From Escherichia phage ECML-134, in the sequence record JX128259: a stretch of 64,000 nt of DNA. One strand, 5' to 3'. The notes beneath the pieces are model-generated. The model saw nothing but the letters and a program-made list of their open reading frames with translations, was not told where the DNA came from and did not search any database. Numbering within the stretch: the stretch's first letter is position 1; each line of letters begins with the position of its first letter. Of the stretch, positions 11,837 through 22,301 are shown piece after piece. The translations under genes were made by a program, and so were the position numbers.

Positions 11837-12034
11837 TTATGGATAGGTATAGATGATACCAGTTTCTAAAGCAGTTTTATGAATGATATATCCATTACGT
11901 GATTCTTGGACATCAACTTCTGGATAGTCTTTCATCATCTTCTGAAGAGTGTAACGATGCAGGTAGTATTTACTATCTGGATCTTCAGTTTTCCAATCTT
12001 TACCTTCTTCAGTCATTTTTTGGATTTCATCCAT
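11837..12034 (-). CDS. hoc: Hoc C-terminal segment, in frame with the upstream hoc ORF
   Basis: 65 codons in the same frame as 12050..12967, separated from it by TAG plus five sense codons (C G W W V). Confidence 0.7.
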   Translation of the reverse strand: MDEIQKMTEEGKDWKTEDPDSKYYLHRYTLQKMMKDYPEVDVQESRNGYIIHKTALETGIIYTYP

Positions 12035-12049
12035 AACCCACCAACCGCA

Positions 12050-12967
12050 CTAGATGTAAGCTGAGCTACGGTGTGGAAGAGGATGAACATAAGGTAATTC
12101 ACCTTCTGGTTCTGGAGCAACTTTATCAGTTACCTGAACTTGACCTGTGGCTTTAACTGTTTTACTATCATAGTCAGTTGCTGTAACGACAGCAGTAACT
12201 TCAATAGTTTGACTTCCAATAGATGAGGTATCAACAGTATATACGTTAGTTGACCCTTCCACAGGAGAAGAATCTTTCTTCCATGAGTAAGTAATTTGTG
12301 CTGCTTCAGGTGCGCCAGTAACATTAGCAGTAAATGTAGCCGAAGTATCTTGCTGAACATTAATAGAAGGAGGAGTCAATGTAACCTGTGGATTCATTGT
12401 CTTCTTATTAACTGTCAATGATACTTCATTGGAAGTAACTTCTTTTGCATCATAATCTGTCGCGGTTACTTGAGCCACACACTTAATTGTTTTAACTCCG
12501 CTTGTGGTAGGAGTGTAATTGAATGTAGCAGAAGTTGCTTCGCCCACAGGAGAACCGTCAACGTACCATTGATACGTAGCAGATGCACCTGGTGGCTGCG
12601 AAGCTAAGGCAGCGGTAAATTCAATAGCTGTTCCAATTACTCCAGCGTCAGGGCTATTAGGAGTTACAGCTAGGGTAGTCGTTTGTGTCTTATTTTGAAC
12701 TGTGATAGTTGTAGAAGCTTCTGCTGTTTCAGCTTCAGCTTCTGGAACTGGGTTTGTTGCAACTACTTTAATAGTCTTTTGACCGGCAGGTCCTTTTAGT
12801 ACATAGCTAAAAGTTGCTGACGTTTCTTCCTGCGGAGCGTCGTCTACAGTCCAAGCATATGTAATAGGTCCATCTCCAGTTTGACCACTGGGTGTAGCAG
12901 TAAACTGCTGAGTCTGATCTATAACTCCAGTAGGTGTTTTAGGAGTTATATCAACGGTAAAAGCCAT
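12050..12967 (-). CDS. hoc: Hoc (outer capsid decoration protein), N-terminal 305 codons ending at an in-frame TAG
   Basis: Repeated Ig-like segments (TATDYD... motifs); matches recalled T4 Hoc; 305 + 1 + 5 + 65 = 376 codons, the T4 Hoc length. Confidence 0.9.
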   Translation of the reverse strand: MAFTVDITPKTPTGVIDQTQQFTATPSGQTGDGPITYAWTVDDAPQEETSATFSYVLKGPAGQKTIKVVATNPVPEAEAETAEASTTITVQNKTQTTTLAVTPNSPDAGVIGTAIEFTAALASQPPGASATYQWYVDGSPVGEATSATFNYTPTTSGVKTIKCVAQVTATDYDAKEVTSNEVSLTVNKKTMNPQVTLTPPSINVQQDTSATFTANVTGAPEAAQITYSWKKDSSPVEGSTNVYTVDTSSIGSQTIEVTAVVTATDYDSKTVKATGQVQVTDKVAPEPEGELPYVHPLPHRSSAYI

Positions 12968-12976
12968 AAGTTATCC

Positions 12977-13657
12977 TTATTTTAATGTTATGAAAGAAGA
13001 ATTGCGTGTTTCACGAATTAGAACTGATCCGTCACGATTAATGTAGTAAATTAAGCTAAATAAAGTTTGGTGTGCCGACGCGTGTTCAAAACTAGTTGGG
13101 TGAGATTTCCAATCCGGAGTTTCAGCAATCCACTGGTAAATCCACCAAGGAACAGTGCAGAATCCTGGATTTTTTCCAATCAGCTGAAGATTCGGACTAA
13201 AGTTTTCCGGAAGAGTAAATACAGACGGCTTTTCAGATTCAATAATCTCAGCTACAGCCTGTTCGAATTTTTCTTCAACAAAAGGAGTATCTTCAATCAA
13301 AACATCGGTATTTTCAGGAATTTTATCCGTTTCTATGACTTCAATTTTAATGTCAGATTTAACCGGAGAATCAATCAGAAGTGCTGCTTCTGGATTGACT
13401 TCTTCATCGTCATATTTTAATCCCTCTGCAGCATCTGCAGCATCGATTAAGTCTTTAATAGATAACCCATCAGTCTCTGGCATAGGTTCACTAGCGAGCT
13501 TCTGGAGGGCTTCTTCAATATCAATAACGATATTATCAAAAGATTTATTCTTTTTGACCTTTATACCAAACTGTTCAGCATATTCAGCTAATTTAGCTTT
13601 AGCTTCTTTATTATCATCAAGAGCCTTCAACTCTGCAATATAATCTTTATCTATCAT
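12977..13657 (-). CDS. inh: Inh, inhibitor of prohead protease gp21
   Basis: 226 aa, T4 position next to hoc. Confidence 0.85.
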   Translation of the reverse strand: MIDKDYIAELKALDDNKEAKAKLAEYAEQFGIKVKKNKSFDNIVIDIEEALQKLASEPMPETDGLSIKDLIDAADAAEGLKYDDEEVNPEAALLIDSPVKSDIKIEVIETDKIPENTDVLIEDTPFVEEKFEQAVAEIIESEKPSVFTLPENFSPNLQLIGKNPGFCTVPWWIYQWIAETPDWKSHPTSFEHASAHQTLFSLIYYINRDGSVLIRETRNSSFITLK

Positions 13658-13670
13658 AATATTTCCTCAG

Positions 13671-13678
13671 TATAAATA
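13671..13678 (+). promoter_or_regulatory. Late promoter TATAAATA upstream of segE
   Basis: Exact TATAAATA 29 nt upstream of the segE ATG. Confidence 0.5.
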
Positions 13679-13706
13679 TAGATATATTTATTACTCGGAA
13701 AATAGT

Positions 13707-14324
13707 ATGTACCACTTTGTATATGAAACAACAAATCTAATAAATGGTAAAAAGTATATAGGAAAACACTCTACTGATGACTTGAATGATGGTTACCTTG
13801 GTTCCGGTAAGGCAATTCAGCAGGCTATAAAGAAGTATGGTGAAAACAATTTCTCTAGAACAATACTAAAAGAGTTTAAAACTTCCGAAGAAGCGTACAT
13901 GTATGAAGAAGAAATTATAACTCCTGAAATAATAAAAAGCAAAAATTATTATAATATGAAACCTGGTGGAATTGGTGGAATTGTTATGACTACAGAGGTT
14001 ATAGCAAAGATGAAAGAATCTTCCGCTAAGAGATTTGAAAACTCACCGGGCACGGTATTAGGTACAACTTGTTACACTAATGGAACTAAAAATATTTTTA
14101 TTAAACCTGGAGAACTTGTTCCAGAAGGATTTGTAAAAGGGATGGTTCATCCTAATAGAAAGTCCAGAAAAGGATGTAAAGTCAAACCGACTACCACAGG
14201 AACTTTTTGGGTCAATAATGGCGCAATAAATAAATTAATACAACCAGACGGTATTATTCCCGACGGATTTATTAAAGGTCGTCTCATGAAAAGAGATTCT
14301 AAAGGCAAATTTAGTAAGGCATAA
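13707..14324 (+). CDS. segE: GIY-YIG homing endonuclease SegE
   Basis: 205 aa; GIY-YIG motif (HFVYETTNLINGKKYIGKH); between inh and uvsW as in T4. Confidence 0.88.
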   Translation: MYHFVYETTNLINGKKYIGKHSTDDLNDGYLGSGKAIQQAIKKYGENNFSRTILKEFKTSEEAYMYEEEIITPEIIKSKNYYNMKPGGIGGIVMTTEVIAKMKESSAKRFENSPGTVLGTTCYTNGTKNIFIKPGELVPEGFVKGMVHPNRKSRKGCKVKPTTTGTFWVNNGAINKLIQPDGIIPDGFIKGRLMKRDSKGKFSKA

Positions 14325-14326
14325 TT

Positions 14327-15835
14327 ATGGATATTAAAGTACATTTTCACGACTTCAGTCATGTACGCATCGATTGTGAAGAGAGCACGTTCCACGAATT
14401 AAGAGATTTCTTTTCGTTTGAGGCCGATGGATATAGATTTAATCCTCGCTTCAGATATGGCAACTGGGATGGACGAATCCGTCTTTTAGATTATAATCGC
14501 CTTCTTCCGTTCGGCTTAGTTGGGCAAATTAAAAAGTTCTGTGATAACTTTGGCTATAAAGCCTGGATTGACCCACAAATTAACGAAAAAGAAGAATTAT
14601 CAAGAAAAGATTTTGATGAATGGCTTTCTAAATTAGAAATCTATTCAGGAAATAAAAGAATTGAACCACATTGGTATCAAAAAGATGCAGTGTTCGAAGG
14701 ATTAGTTAATCGTCGCAGAATTCTTAATCTTCCAACATCCGCAGGTAAATCTTTAATTCAAGCTTTGCTTGCTCGGTATTATTTGGAAAATTATGAAGGT
14801 AAAATTCTTATCATTGTTCCAACAACTGCTCTAACAACTCAGATGGCTGATGACTTTGTTGACTATCGTTTATTCAGTCATGCAATGATAAAGAAAATCG
14901 GTGGCGGAGCATCAAAAGATGATAAATATAAAAATGATGCACCAGTCGTTGTTGGTACATGGCAAACTGTAGTAAAACAACCAAAAGAATGGTTCTCACA
15001 GTTTGGAATGATGATGAATGATGAATGCCATCTTGCTACAGGAAAAAGTATTTCATCTATCATATCAGGTTTAAATAACTGCATGTTCAAATTCGGTTTG
15101 TCTGGTTCATTACGAGATGGCAAAGCCAATATCATGCAGTATGTTGGAATGTTTGGTGAAATATTTAAGCCAGTAACGACTTCTAAATTAATGGAAGATG
15201 GACAAGTAACTGAGCTAAAAATTAATAGTATTTTTCTTCGCTATCCCGATGAGTTCACTACTAAATTAAAGGGAAAAACTTACCAAGAAGAAATAAAAAT
15301 TATTACTGGGCTTAGTAAAAGAAATAAATGGATCGCTAAATTAGCTATTAAGCTTGCGCAAAAAGATGAAAACGCTTTTGTCATGTTTAAACATGTATCG
15401 CATGGTAAAGCTATTTTCGATTTAATTAAAAATGAATACGATAAAGTTTATTACGTATCAGGGGAAGTTGATACCGAAACCCGCAATATAATGAAAACCT
15501 TAGCTGAAAATGGTAAAGGAATAATTATAGTAGCGAGTTATGGCGTATTTTCTACTGGTATTTCAGTTAAAAATCTGCATCACGTTGTTTTAGCGCACGG
15601 TGTTAAATCAAAAATCATTGTATTACAAACAATCGGTCGTGTATTACGTAAGCATGGTTCTAAAACAATCGCAACGGTCTGGGACCTCATAGATGATTGT
15701 GGTGTTAAGCCAAAATCTGCTAATACGAAAAAGAAATATGTTCATTTGAACTATCTTTTAAAACACGGCATTGATCGTATTCAGCGCTACGCAGATGAAA
15801 AATTTAATTACGTAATGAAAACAGTTAATTTATAA
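14327..15835 (+). CDS. uvsW: UvsW, SF2 DNA/RNA helicase
   Basis: 502 aa; Walker A-like PTSAGKS and DECH box. Confidence 0.93.
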   Translation: MDIKVHFHDFSHVRIDCEESTFHELRDFFSFEADGYRFNPRFRYGNWDGRIRLLDYNRLLPFGLVGQIKKFCDNFGYKAWIDPQINEKEELSRKDFDEWLSKLEIYSGNKRIEPHWYQKDAVFEGLVNRRRILNLPTSAGKSLIQALLARYYLENYEGKILIIVPTTALTTQMADDFVDYRLFSHAMIKKIGGGASKDDKYKNDAPVVVGTWQTVVKQPKEWFSQFGMMMNDECHLATGKSISSIISGLNNCMFKFGLSGSLRDGKANIMQYVGMFGEIFKPVTTSKLMEDGQVTELKINSIFLRYPDEFTTKLKGKTYQEEIKIITGLSKRNKWIAKLAIKLAQKDENAFVMFKHVSHGKAIFDLIKNEYDKVYYVSGEVDTETRNIMKTLAENGKGIIIVASYGVFSTGISVKNLHHVVLAHGVKSKIIVLQTIGRVLRKHGSKTIATVWDLIDDCGVKPKSANTKKKYVHLNYLLKHGIDRIQRYADEKFNYVMKTVNL

Positions 15836-15848
15836 GGGCTTCGGCCCT
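15835..15848 (+). terminator. Short hairpin (AGGGC-uucg-GCCCT) between uvsW and uvsW.1
   Basis: GC stem with UUCG loop overlapping the uvsW stop. Confidence 0.4.
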
Positions 15849-15860
15849 TTGGAGAAAAAG

Positions 15861-16091
15861 ATGTTACTAGAATTTAAACAATTTCTTTATGAAGCTTCTA
15901 TTGATGAATTTATGGGTAAAATTGCCTCTTGTCAAACATTAGAAGGTTTAGAAGAACTTGAAGCTTATTATAAGAAAAGAGTTAAAGAAACTGAATTAAA
16001 AGATACTGATGACATCTCTGTAAGAGATGCTTTGGCAGGAAAAAGAGCTGAATTAGAAGATTCAGACGATGAAGTAGAAGAAAGCTTTTAA
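15861..16091 (+). CDS. uvsW.1: UvsW.1 small acidic protein
   Basis: 76 aa from ATG at 15861 (ORF-track start at 15849 is TTG); GGAG 6 nt upstream. Confidence 0.8.
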   Translation: MLLEFKQFLYEASIDEFMGKIASCQTLEGLEELEAYYKKRVKETELKDTDDISVRDALAGKRAELEDSDDEVEESF

Positions 16092-16146
16092 ATTAAAAAA
16101 GGCCCAACCAAAAAGGAAGGGCCAAAACTATAGACTAAAGGTCACA

Positions 16147-16314
16147 CTATAGCAAAAGTTGTGTTTCATTTAATTGTTCTTCCGAACTTTCTGAAACTGG
16201 TAGTTCTTTAATGTAATTATAGCAAGGCCCAGGATGTACAGGACCTTTGTCTGTTTCAACAACCAATGCAGAATCGATTGGAGTTTTACAGACAACACAA
16301 ATCTTATCTGACAT
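16147..16314 (-). CDS. Small Cys-containing protein at T4 uvsY.-2 position
   Basis: 55-codon ORF (MSDKICVVCKTPIDS...) found by hand translation; below the ORF-track size cut-off. Confidence 0.55.
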   Translation of the reverse strand: MSDKICVVCKTPIDSALVVETDKGPVHPGPCYNYIKELPVSESSEEQLNETQLLL

Positions 16315-16342
16315 GATTGTCTCCTCTGAATTATATATCTAT

Positions 16343-16567
16343 TTATACAACTCTCATATGCATATCAATGCCCATATCTTTAGAATAAAAATATTCATCA
16401 AGATATCCGGCAAATTTTCCTTTAATATAAAGGACGTCTTCACCACACGGGTGGTCGGCCAGGATACGAATATCCTGACGCTTAAGATTATACTTTTTCA
16501 TTAAGAATTGAATCTCAGTTTCAAATTCTTCTTCATAATTAAAAGCATCATCAATGCTATATCCCAT
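16343..16567 (-). CDS. Small protein at T4 uvsY.-1 position
   Basis: 74 aa ORF directly downstream of uvsY. Confidence 0.7.
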   Translation of the reverse strand: MGYSIDDAFNYEEEFETEIQFLMKKYNLKRQDIRILADHPCGEDVLYIKGKFAGYLDEYFYSKDMGIDMHMRVV

Positions 16568-16980
16568 TATTTTCCAGCCTCAAATGCCCGCATGTCTTGA
16601 ATATGCTTAATAGCAAATCCTCGTGATTTAATAGCATCAAGAGCTCCGCTACAGAAATCTAATAAAATCCCCCAATACTGTAACGAGGTATCAACCTTTA
16701 AAACATCCTTATCAGCTGATAGAACTGTCTTCATTTCTGATTTCTCGTAACGATCCATACTAAATTCATCACCATCTCCTCGTCCCGAGTAGTAGTCTAA
16801 TTTAGCTTTAAGAGCAACTTTTTTCTGTGCGTCAATTCTAAGCATTTCCTTTTTAATACTTGAATGCTTATTAAGCCATTTACTATATAACATCACATTA
16901 TTAGCTGCTTCATACTGTAATTTAGTCGAATCTATAAACACATCTTTCTTCAATTCTTCTTGAAGATCTTCTAATCTCAT
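16567..16980 (-). CDS. uvsY: UvsY recombination mediator
   Basis: 137 aa, matches T4 UvsY length and position. Confidence 0.92.
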   Translation of the reverse strand: MRLEDLQEELKKDVFIDSTKLQYEAANNVMLYSKWLNKHSSIKKEMLRIDAQKKVALKAKLDYYSGRGDGDEFSMDRYEKSEMKTVLSADKDVLKVDTSLQYWGILLDFCSGALDAIKSRGFAIKHIQDMRAFEAGK

Positions 16981-17046
16981 ATTGTTCTCTATTCAATTGT
17001 TATTGGATGGACTTAGATTCATTATACCACGTTTTAACGTGAAGCA

Positions 17047-17445
17047 TTATACCCTATTACTCGAAGCCAGTTGCAGTTTTATCTGCTCAATATCATCAGG
17101 GTTATCGATGACCGAAAAGCGTATTTCTACTATCAGAGTATAATCATCATAAACCGGTATTACATTAACTGCTAATTTATCAATACGTGGCTCGTAGTTT
17201 CTTACTGCGCTTTCGATATTACGCTCAACTGTGTCAGCAGTAAGAGGAGTCATATTTTCAAAAAGTTGATCAGATAAATCGCATCCAAATTCTGGGTCAA
17301 ATGGCCTTGACCCTTTTCTGGTTGTAATAATTCCCAAAAGGCTATTTTTAATTGACCTTAATCCAAGAGATCTAGAAACATCTTTGTCCCAATCCATTTT
17401 CATTTCTGGGTCAATGTCAGAATAAAGCTTATTAATATTTGCCAT
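17047..17445 (-). CDS. 25: Baseplate wedge protein gp25
   Basis: 132 aa, T4 position and length. Confidence 0.92.
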   Translation of the reverse strand: MANINKLYSDIDPEMKMDWDKDVSRSLGLRSIKNSLLGIITTRKGSRPFDPEFGCDLSDQLFENMTPLTADTVERNIESAVRNYEPRIDKLAVNVIPVYDDYTLIVEIRFSVIDNPDDIEQIKLQLASSNRV

Positions 17446-18071
17446 TACAATAGCTCAAAGAATTCTTTGAGTCCTCTTATTACATGAGCGTGAGATTTTC
17501 CACACTCTGGACACTTAATTGGAACAGCCAAATAAACAGTAGGCTTTAAAAGCATATCTTTTATAGCTACAATATCTGACTCTGTGATGATAGAATATAA
17601 ATCTTCCAACTCTTTTTCATTCAAGTCTTCAATTGGAATGCTTTCCCCGTTAGCATGAATCGTTTCTATGCATGATACTATCATATGGGCTATATTTTTA
17701 TCATCAAAAATTTTAGGGTATCGGAATTTAATTTTAATGTCACCCAGTGTATACCAGAGGTCTTCTGGTGCATCTATTTGCGTATGTAATAGATTTATAT
17801 GGGTTGGTATTTCAGTTCCACAGGTGCACTTCCAGGAGTTTTCGTGATTAACTTCGCCGAGAGAATGTGCCCATAAATGAATCAACAATAGTTCTGATTC
17901 TTGGCGGTTTAAATCTTTTGCATTTGTGCAGTCTTTGATTAGCTTTTTAACAATTACTTCTACAGAACCATTATTTTTGGCAGTAATAAGTTCTAGATAT
18001 TCTTTAAGCGTGAATGCGCGACAATTGATTATTTTAGAACCAACTCTCACATCAAATTTGTATTCATACAT
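17445..18071 (-). CDS. 26: Baseplate hub protein gp26
   Basis: 208 aa, T4 position and length. Confidence 0.9.
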   Translation of the reverse strand: MYEYKFDVRVGSKIINCRAFTLKEYLELITAKNNGSVEVIVKKLIKDCTNAKDLNRQESELLLIHLWAHSLGEVNHENSWKCTCGTEIPTHINLLHTQIDAPEDLWYTLGDIKIKFRYPKIFDDKNIAHMIVSCIETIHANGESIPIEDLNEKELEDLYSIITESDIVAIKDMLLKPTVYLAVPIKCPECGKSHAHVIRGLKEFFELL

Positions 18072-18092
18072 ATTTAGCTCCTTTATTTATCA

Positions 18093-18104
18093 TATTTATA
18101 AATA
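18093..18104. promoter_or_regulatory. Divergent overlapping late promoters (palindromic TATTTATAAATA) for genes 26 (-) and 51 (+)
   Basis: TATAAATA on + at 18097-18104; its reverse complement gives TATAAATA on - at 18093-18100. Confidence 0.6.
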
Positions 18105-18121
18105 GAATAAAAGGAGCATCT

Positions 18122-18871
18122 ATGGCAAACATTATTCGTTGTAAATTACCAGATGGTGTTCATCGTTTTAAACCATTTACGGTAGAAGATTATCGAGATT
18201 TTTTGTTAGTTCGAAACGATATAGAACATCGGTCACCACAAGAACAAAAAGAAATAATTGCTGATTTAATTGCCGATTATTTTGGAGACTATCCGAAGAC
18301 TTGGCAACCATTTATATTTTTGCAGGTATTTGTAGGGTCAATAGGTAAAACAAAAGTACCGGTCACATTTGTATGTCCAAAATGTAAAAAAGAAAAGACA
18401 GTTCCATTTGAAATATATCAAAAAGAATTAAAGGAACCTGTTTTTGATGTAGCTAATGTTAAAATTAAATTAAAGTTTCCTTCTGAGTTTTATGAAAATA
18501 AAGCAAAGATGATTACTGAAAATATTCATTCTGTTCAAGTAGATGAAACATGGTACGATTGGAAGGAAATTAGCGAATCAAGTCAAATAGAACTTGTTGA
18601 CGCCATCGAGATAGAAACATTAGAAAAAATTCTCGATTCAATGAATCCTATTAATTTAACATTGCACATGTCGTGTTGTAATAAGTATGTAAAAAAATAC
18701 ACTGATATAGTAGATGTGTTTAAGCTATTAGTTAACCCAGATGAAATATTTACTTTTTATCAAATTAATCACACACTTGTAAAAAGTAATTATAGCTTAA
18801 ATTCAATAATGAAAATGATTCCTGCCGAGCGCGGATTCGTATTAAAACTGATTGAGAAGGATAAACAATAA
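18122..18871 (+). CDS. 51: Baseplate hub assembly catalyst gp51
   Basis: 249 aa, T4 position and length. Confidence 0.9.
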   Translation: MANIIRCKLPDGVHRFKPFTVEDYRDFLLVRNDIEHRSPQEQKEIIADLIADYFGDYPKTWQPFIFLQVFVGSIGKTKVPVTFVCPKCKKEKTVPFEIYQKELKEPVFDVANVKIKLKFPSEFYENKAKMITENIHSVQVDETWYDWKEISESSQIELVDAIEIETLEKILDSMNPINLTLHMSCCNKYVKKYTDIVDVFKLLVNPDEIFTFYQINHTLVKSNYSLNSIMKMIPAERGFVLKLIEKDKQ

Positions 18872-20046
18872 TGAGTATGTTGCAACGCCCAGGATATCCA
18901 AATCTCAGCGTTAAATTATTTGATAGCTACGACGCTTGGAGTAATAATAGATTTGTTGAATTAGCTGCTACTATTACCACATTAACTATGCGGGATTCTC
19001 TTTATGGCCGAAATGAAGGAATGCTGCAGTTTTATGATTCTAAAAACATTCATACAAAAATGGATGGAAATGAAATAATTCAGATTTCTGTAGCTAATGC
19101 AAATGATATTAATAATGTTAAAACACGAATTTATGGATGTAAGCATTTTTCCGTGTCAGTAGATTCAAAAGGTGATAACATCATTGCTATTGAATTGGGA
19201 ACTATTCATTCTATAGAAAATCTTAAATTTGGTAGACCATTTTTCCCTGATGCAGGTGAATCTATAAAAGAAATGCTTGGTGTCATTTATCAAGACCGTA
19301 CATTATTAACTCCAGCGATAAATGCTATAAATGCTTATGTTCCTGATATTCCATGGACTAGCACATTTGAAAACTATTTGTCATATGTAAGAGAAGTTGC
19401 TCTAGCTGTAGGAAGCGACAAATTTGTATTTGTATGGCAAGACATCATGGGAGTTAACATGATGGACTATGATATGATGATAAATCAAGAACCATATCCA
19501 ATGATTGTCGGTGAGCCATCTTTAATAGGTCAATTTGTCCAAGAATTAAAATATCCATTAGCATATGATTTCGTTTGGTTGACTAAATCGAATCCTCACA
19601 AACGTGACCCAATGAAAAATGCTACTATCTATGCTCATTCATTTTTAGATTCTTCATTGCCAATGATTACTACAGGAAAGGGCGAAAACTCTATTGTAGT
19701 GTCAAGATCAGGTGCTTATTCTGAAATGACTTATAGGAATGGATATGAAGAAGCTATTCGTCTTCAAACTATGGCACAATATGACGGCTATGCTAAATGT
19801 TCTACTGTCGGTAATTTTAACTTGACTCCTGGTGTTAAAATTATTTTTAATGATAGTAAAAACCAATTTAAAACAGAATTTTACGTTGATGAAGTTATCC
19901 ATGAATTATCCAATAATAATTCAGTAACTCATCTATATATGTTCACTAATGCAACGAAACTGGAAACAATAGACCCAGTTAAGGTTAAAAATGAATTTAA
20001 ATCTGATACTACCACTGAAGAAAGTAGTTCTTCCAATAAGCAATAA
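18871..20046 (+). CDS. 27: Baseplate hub protein gp27
   Basis: 391 aa, T4 position and length. Confidence 0.93.
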   Translation: MSMLQRPGYPNLSVKLFDSYDAWSNNRFVELAATITTLTMRDSLYGRNEGMLQFYDSKNIHTKMDGNEIIQISVANANDINNVKTRIYGCKHFSVSVDSKGDNIIAIELGTIHSIENLKFGRPFFPDAGESIKEMLGVIYQDRTLLTPAINAINAYVPDIPWTSTFENYLSYVREVALAVGSDKFVFVWQDIMGVNMMDYDMMINQEPYPMIVGEPSLIGQFVQELKYPLAYDFVWLTKSNPHKRDPMKNATIYAHSFLDSSLPMITTGKGENSIVVSRSGAYSEMTYRNGYEEAIRLQTMAQYDGYAKCSTVGNFNLTPGVKIIFNDSKNQFKTEFYVDEVIHELSNNNSVTHLYMFTNATKLETIDPVKVKNEFKSDTTTEESSSSNKQ

Positions 20047-20524
20047 AGAAGTTTCTATTCCTAAAATGGGTCTTAAACATTATAACATTTTAAAAGATGT
20101 TAAAGGTCCTGATGAAAATTTAAAACTTCTTATTGATTCTATTTGTCCGAATTTATCACCGGCAGAAGTTGATTTCGTTTCTATTCATTTATTGGAATTT
20201 AATGGAAAGATTAAATCTCGTAAAGAAATAGATGGCTATACTTATGACATTAATGATGTCTATGTATGCCAAAGATTGGAATTTCAATACCAAGGAAATA
20301 CATTTTATTTTAGACCTCCTGGAAAATTTGAACAATTTTTAACGGTGAGCGATATGTTATCTAAATGCTTGCTTAAGGTCAATGATGAAGTTAAAGAAAT
20401 TAATTTTCTTGAGATGCCAGCATTCGTTTTAAAATGGGCAAATGACATTTTTACAACTTTAGCAATTCCTGGCCCTAATGGTCCAATAACCGGAATTGGC
20501 AATATTATTGGATTATTTGAATGA
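19991..20524 (+). CDS. 28: Baseplate hub distal protein gp28
   Basis: 177 aa; overlaps the gene 27 3' end by 56 nt in another frame. Confidence 0.88.
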   Translation: MNLNLILPLKKVVLPISNKEVSIPKMGLKHYNILKDVKGPDENLKLLIDSICPNLSPAEVDFVSIHLLEFNGKIKSRKEIDGYTYDINDVYVCQRLEFQYQGNTFYFRPPGKFEQFLTVSDMLSKCLLKVNDEVKEINFLEMPAFVLKWANDIFTTLAIPGPNGPITGIGNIIGLFE

Positions 20525-22293
20525 AAAAGCCACAAGAAATGCAAACGATGCGTAGAAAAGTTATTTCAGATAATAAACCAACACAGGAAGCGGCTAAATC
20601 CGCTTCTAACACTTTATCTGGACTTAATGATATATCTACGAAATTGGATGATGCTCAAGCTGCGTCTGAATTAATAGCTCAAACTGTCGAAGAAAAATCG
20701 AATGAAATAGTTGGAGCAATTGACAACGTAGAAAGCGCAGTGAGTGATACTACTGCTGGTTCTGAGTTAATTGCTGAAACTGTCGAAATTGGCAACAATA
20801 TTAATAAAGAAATCGGTGAATCACTCGGGAGCAAATTAGATAAATTAACAAGTTTACTAGAGCAAAAAATTCAGACAGCTGGAATTCAACAAACAGGAAC
20901 CAGTTTAGCCACGGTTGAAAGCGCTATTCCTGTTAAAGTTGTTGAGGATGATACTGCCGAATCTGTGGGTCCTTTATTACCAGCTCCCGAAGCAGTTAAT
21001 AATGATCCTGACGCTGATTTTTTCCCTACCCCTCAACCAGTTGAACCCAAACAAGAATCGCCAGAAGAAAAACAGAAAAAAGAAGCATTTAACTTAAAAT
21101 TATCTCAAGCTTTAGATAAATTAACAAAGACTGTTGATTTTGGATTTAAGAAATCCATTTCAATTAGTGATAAAATATCAAGCATGTTATTTAAGTACAC
21201 CATAAGTGCTGCTATTGAAGCTGCTAAAATGACTGCAATGATATTGGCTGTTGTTGTTGGAATAGACCTTTTGATGGTTCATTTTAAATACTGGTCAGAT
21301 AAATTTTCAAAAGCCTGGGATTTATTTAATACTGACTTTACTAAATTCTCTAGCGAAACCGGAACATGGGGTCCTTTATTACAGAGCATCTTTAGTTCTA
21401 TTGATGAAATTAAAAAGTTTTGGGAAGCCGGAGATTGGGGTGGATTGACAGTAGCTATTGTTGAAGGGCTTGGAAAGGTTCTTTATAATTTAGGAGAACT
21501 TATTCAATTAGGTATGGCTAAATTATCTGCGGCAATTCTTCGAGTTATTCCTGGTATGAAGGATACTGCTGATGAAGTAGAAGGAAGAGCACTAGAAAAT
21601 TTCCAAAATTCTACTGGAGCATCTCTCAGTAAAGAAGACCAAGAAAAAGTAGCAAATTATCAAGATAAACGAATGAATGGAGACCTCGGTCCAATAGCAG
21701 AAGGACTAGATAAAATTGCGAACTGGAAAACTCGTGCATCTAACTGGATTCGTGGTGTTGATAATAAAGAAGCATTGACAACTGACGAAGAACGTGCAGC
21801 GGAAGAAGAAAAATTAAAGCAACTTTCACCTGAAGAAAGAAAAAATGCTTTAATGAAAGCTAATGAAGCTCGTGCCGCGATGATTCGTTTTGAACAATAT
21901 GCCGATTCAGCTGATATGAGTAAAGACTCAACGGTTAAATCAGTTGAAGCTGCCTATGAAGACCTTAAAAAACGGATGGATGACCCGGATTTAAATAATT
22001 CACCGGCAGTTAAAAAAGAACTTGCTGCTAGATTTTCTAAAATTGATGCTACTTATCAAGAGCTCAAGAAAAATCAGCCTAATGCCAAACCTGAAACTTC
22101 TGCTAAATCACCAGAAGCGAAACAAGTCCAGGTGATTGAAAAGAACAAAGCACAGCAAGCTCCTGTTCAACAAGCATCTCCTTCAATCAATAATACTAAT
22201 AATGTTATTAAGAAAAATACTGTCGTTCATAATATGACACCTGTAACGAGCACGACTGCTCCTGGTGTATTTGATGCGACTGGAGTTAATTAA
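20521..22293 (+). CDS. 29: Tail tape measure protein gp29
   Basis: 590 aa, T4 position and length. Confidence 0.93.
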   Translation: MKKPQEMQTMRRKVISDNKPTQEAAKSASNTLSGLNDISTKLDDAQAASELIAQTVEEKSNEIVGAIDNVESAVSDTTAGSELIAETVEIGNNINKEIGESLGSKLDKLTSLLEQKIQTAGIQQTGTSLATVESAIPVKVVEDDTAESVGPLLPAPEAVNNDPDADFFPTPQPVEPKQESPEEKQKKEAFNLKLSQALDKLTKTVDFGFKKSISISDKISSMLFKYTISAAIEAAKMTAMILAVVVGIDLLMVHFKYWSDKFSKAWDLFNTDFTKFSSETGTWGPLLQSIFSSIDEIKKFWEAGDWGGLTVAIVEGLGKVLYNLGELIQLGMAKLSAAILRVIPGMKDTADEVEGRALENFQNSTGASLSKEDQEKVANYQDKRMNGDLGPIAEGLDKIANWKTRASNWIRGVDNKEALTTDEERAAEEEKLKQLSPEERKNALMKANEARAAMIRFEQYADSADMSKDSTVKSVEAAYEDLKKRMDDPDLNNSPAVKKELAARFSKIDATYQELKKNQPNAKPETSAKSPEAKQVQVIEKNKAQQAPVQQASPSINNTNNVIKKNTVVHNMTPVTSTTAPGVFDATGVN

Positions 22294-22301
22294 GGAATAA
22301 T

